Positions 63,074-64,000 of a stretch of DNA of 64,000 nt are shown in pieces. A model generated the notes under the pieces. That model was not told the DNA's origin and made no database searches. It saw only the letters and a program-made list of their open reading frames with translations. Origin of the DNA: Octopus bimaculoides (Eukaryota); NCBI RefSeq assembly GCF_001194135.2, contig NC_068984.1:142854262-142918261 (forward strand), read 5' to 3'. The stretch's first letter is position 1. The number at the start of each line of letters is the position of its first letter. Both the position numbers and the translations under genes were made by a program.

Positions 63074-63337
63074 AAAAGGAAAAATGTTTTCTTCTCGAGC
63101 CATGCCAGGCTCATGAGGACCAGTTACCCGGTTTCCATGGCGTATATAGTCCCCGCCGAGGCAGGACGCTGGTCTGTGGCAGGATTACTCATTTCGGCCA
63201 GTTGATTGGACTGGAGCCAGTCCAATGAAATGAAGTGTTTTCAGTAAGAAGACAACGCATCATCCGGTCCAGGCATTGAAACCACAATCTTACGATCATG
63301 ATTTCAATACCGTAACCACTAAGCCACGCGCCTCCAC
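63074..63337 (-). mobile_element. SINE-B head and centre with a different tail; 14-bp TSD
   Basis: Head GTGGAGGCGCGTGGCTTAGTGG; tail ...CATGAGCCTGGCATGGCTCGAGAAG; TSD TGTCCTGTAAATTA at 63060-63073 and 63338-63351. Confidence 0.85.
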
Positions 63338-63594
63338 TGTCCTGTAAATTAGCATACTTAAAAGATACATTTGACTAATAATATTCGAACCTGATGCCAT
63401 CAGGTATTTGCTCTGGCTCTTTGCGTTCTTCGTTCAAATCCCACCGTACCCAACATGGGCGGTATACTTAATACCTCATCATGTTTAACACCTATTCTGG
63501 CACCTGGATGACTTGATAGGAGTGCAACTCCCTAGTCCATGATAAGGTGGTCCTTTCTTCCCCCTTGACTTCAAGATTTTTCAGAAATATAGAC

Positions 63595-63858
63595 GCAGGA
63601 GTGGCTGTGTAGAAGGTAGCTTCTTTACCAACGACATAGTTCCGGGTTCAGTCCCACTGCGTGGCACCTTGGGCAGGTATATTCTACTATAGCCTCGGAC
63701 CGACCAAACCCTTTTGAGTGGATTTAGTAGAGGGAAACTAAAAGAAGCCCGTTGTATATATCTATATGTATATATATATTTATATGTGTGTTTATGTGTC
63801 CGTAACTTAGCGGTTCGACAAAAGAGTCCGATAGAATAAGTACTAGCCTTAAAAAGAA
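63595..63858 (+). mobile_element. SINE-A, near full length
   Basis: GCAGGAGTGGCTGTG...GGGTTCAGTCCC...CGTAACTTAGCGGTTCG...GATAGAATAAGTACTAG. Confidence 0.88.
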
Positions 63859-64000
63859 TCACATTTGATTACTCTCGCTGCACATCATATGGTATGGTTG
63901 TCGAATTTGAAGTGTGCCCGATGTAGTTTAATCGTTTCGGAGCTACACGCTTAAACCAATCATTATTTGGTTTAACATTACCATCAAAAGGTGCTGCATG

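Noticed and set aside
23045-63337. All five SINE-B copies lie on the minus strand, as evidence for a plus-strand host intron
   Set aside because: Sample too small; SINE-A, SINE-C and LINE remnants occur on both strands.

Overview
AT-rich, gap-riddled eukaryotic scaffold, about 15% N, with most gaps flanked by (TA)n. The repeat content (tRNA-headed SINE families, dense di/tri/tetranucleotide microsatellites, R4/Dong, RTE, CR1-like and Penelope retroelement remnants, mariner and hAT fossils) looks like an octopus/coleoid cephalopod genome; that assignment is inference from pattern recall, not a database match. I found no host protein-coding exon I can identify with confidence. Nearly all ORFs in the supplied track are microsatellite, N-gap or transposon-remnant artefacts, so the window is most likely intergenic or deep intronic. 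The most interesting element is a composite Pol III-type SINE at about 29425-29757: a tRNA-Thr-like head, an internal (TAA)n spacer, a fully foldable Penelope-type minimal type I hammerhead ribozyme and a 3' hairpin. It sits among several other intact-to-fossil hammerhead motifs. Other highlights are a three-layer hAT/RTE/SINE nest with both target-site duplications preserved, three long foldback MITEs, repeated R4/Dong insertions at (TAA)n tracts, local SINE duplications and a candidate spliced exon pair on the minus strand. SINE-A to SINE-D are my working labels, and most boundaries are approximate (+/-10-30 bp).
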